A stretch of 64,000 nucleotides of DNA, from the NCBI GenBank assembly GCA_977017645.1, contig OZ360257.1:14694001-14758000 (forward strand). Reading direction: 5' to 3'. Of this stretch, positions 62,923 to 64,000 are shown in pieces (position 1 is the first letter of the stretch; each line of letters starts with the position of its first letter). The notes beneath the pieces were generated by a model. It saw nothing but the letters and a program-made list of their open reading frames with translations, was not told where the DNA came from and did not search any database. Made by a program: the position numbers and the translations under genes. This stretch comes from Torpedo marmorata (Eukaryota).

Positions 62923-64000
62923 CATTAAACTAATGGCGCAACTGCATCTAATCTGTCCAATCATGGAGCGACCAGTAATTTTAGAGAACGAAAAAAATAA
63001 CAATCCTATTCTTAGAATACTTGGTGTACATCGTAAGCCATGTAACATCTGCTAAAACTTCTTTTCATACTCGAGTTTTCAAGTCAAGTTTTTTGTCATC
63101 TGATTGTACAAGTACAACCCGAAGAAACTGCGTTCTCTGGTGTAGGTGCAAAACATGCAGACATACAACCAGACATAACACACATACAGACAAATAATAC
63201 ATATTTACGTCATACATATAATACATTTTAAGGCACAGCTTCTCCAACCGGCGCAATGCTGTTGTCCATTGAATAAACGCGTTGCTTTTGCTGACGTAAG
63301 TTCCCAAATTTATAGAAACAACTCCCAAGTATTCGTGTTGCATTTCGATTTTTAATATACTGCATCAAAATGTGGTGACATAAAATTGAGGGAATTAATG
63401 GAAAATAGCTAATGGTTTAGCTCTGCACGTGGCGAAATAATTTTTAATGGAAGTCAACCACTCAGAAAAGATCCCCGCATGCCGATCCAATATAAGGAAG
63501 GTATGTGCGCTACATTGCTTTATTTCAAAGAGATTTTCCGCCGCTCACGTTAAATTCAAGAAACAGTCTGGTGGCTTTTGTTTCCTCGAATTACCTCCAG
63601 CTAAAGGATTTGAGACAGCAGGATCAGAGCAGCCTGTGTGTTCCAAGTACAAGCAGCAGCTACATGGAGCTTCCCAGTTCTCCAGACAGTTGTAGATCTC
63701 GAACAAAACCAGGCTGCAATACCATCCTAGCAACGAAAATGATCCATAATTATTTGGAGGAATTGGGCATTATTCGTCGTCTGATTTTTAACTTCCACCA
63801 AGTATAATGTGCAACAAGATCATGAAAGAAATACTATAAATCAAAGGTAACAACAAGAACAGCATTTGCAAAGAAAATTGAAAATAATTCCGAGTTCCAG
63901 GATGAATCCGCAGTTGGAGAGAAGGGGATTGATTAAGGGGAGATAGCATAGCTTTGTTGTTGGCAGATTATATACAACCAATTTTATGTTTGTTTCGAGG

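Larger units (their letters stand above)
39950..64000 (+). repeat. Most recent tandem segmental duplication, period ~12.65 kb
   Basis: Gene 4 to gene 5 offsets are 12640 (exon 1) and 12658 (exon 2). All repeats and pseudogene relics recur in order to the window end. Confidence 0.92.

Noticed and set aside
1-64000. Prokaryotic systems (CRISPR array, retron, operon)
   Set aside because: No repeat-spacer array is present; spliceosomal introns and vertebrate LINEs/SINEs account for the RT motifs and repeats.

Overview
Eukaryotic, repeat-rich vertebrate DNA. The CR1, L1, Rex1/Babar, V-SINE and Penelope-derived repeat content points to a cartilaginous fish (shark or ray; inferred). The window is a head-to-tail tandem array of 10-16 kb segmental units, all on the + strand. 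Five apparently intact two-exon class A GPCR genes of the GPR139/GPR142-like group are present. Each has a 61-nt coding exon 1 that the ORF track misses, a phase-1 intron inside TM1, and a ~0.9 kb exon 2, giving 316-324 aa proteins. Between them lie an orphan dead exon 1 and at least two, probably three, older divergent pseudogene lineages of the same family. The paralogs differ at ligand-pocket positions (3.29, 3.33, ECL2, top of TM6) and share a compact TATA promoter with D-box and O/E-like motifs. Together this looks like birth-and-death evolution of a candidate chemosensory receptor repertoire; the function is inference. Other notable structure: two L1 insertions with exact TSDs (one nested in a CR1, one splitting a GPCR pseudogene), a composite double-hairpin hAT MITE, and decayed minimal hammerhead ribozyme motifs. 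Repeat boundaries are approximate unless a TSD is quoted.
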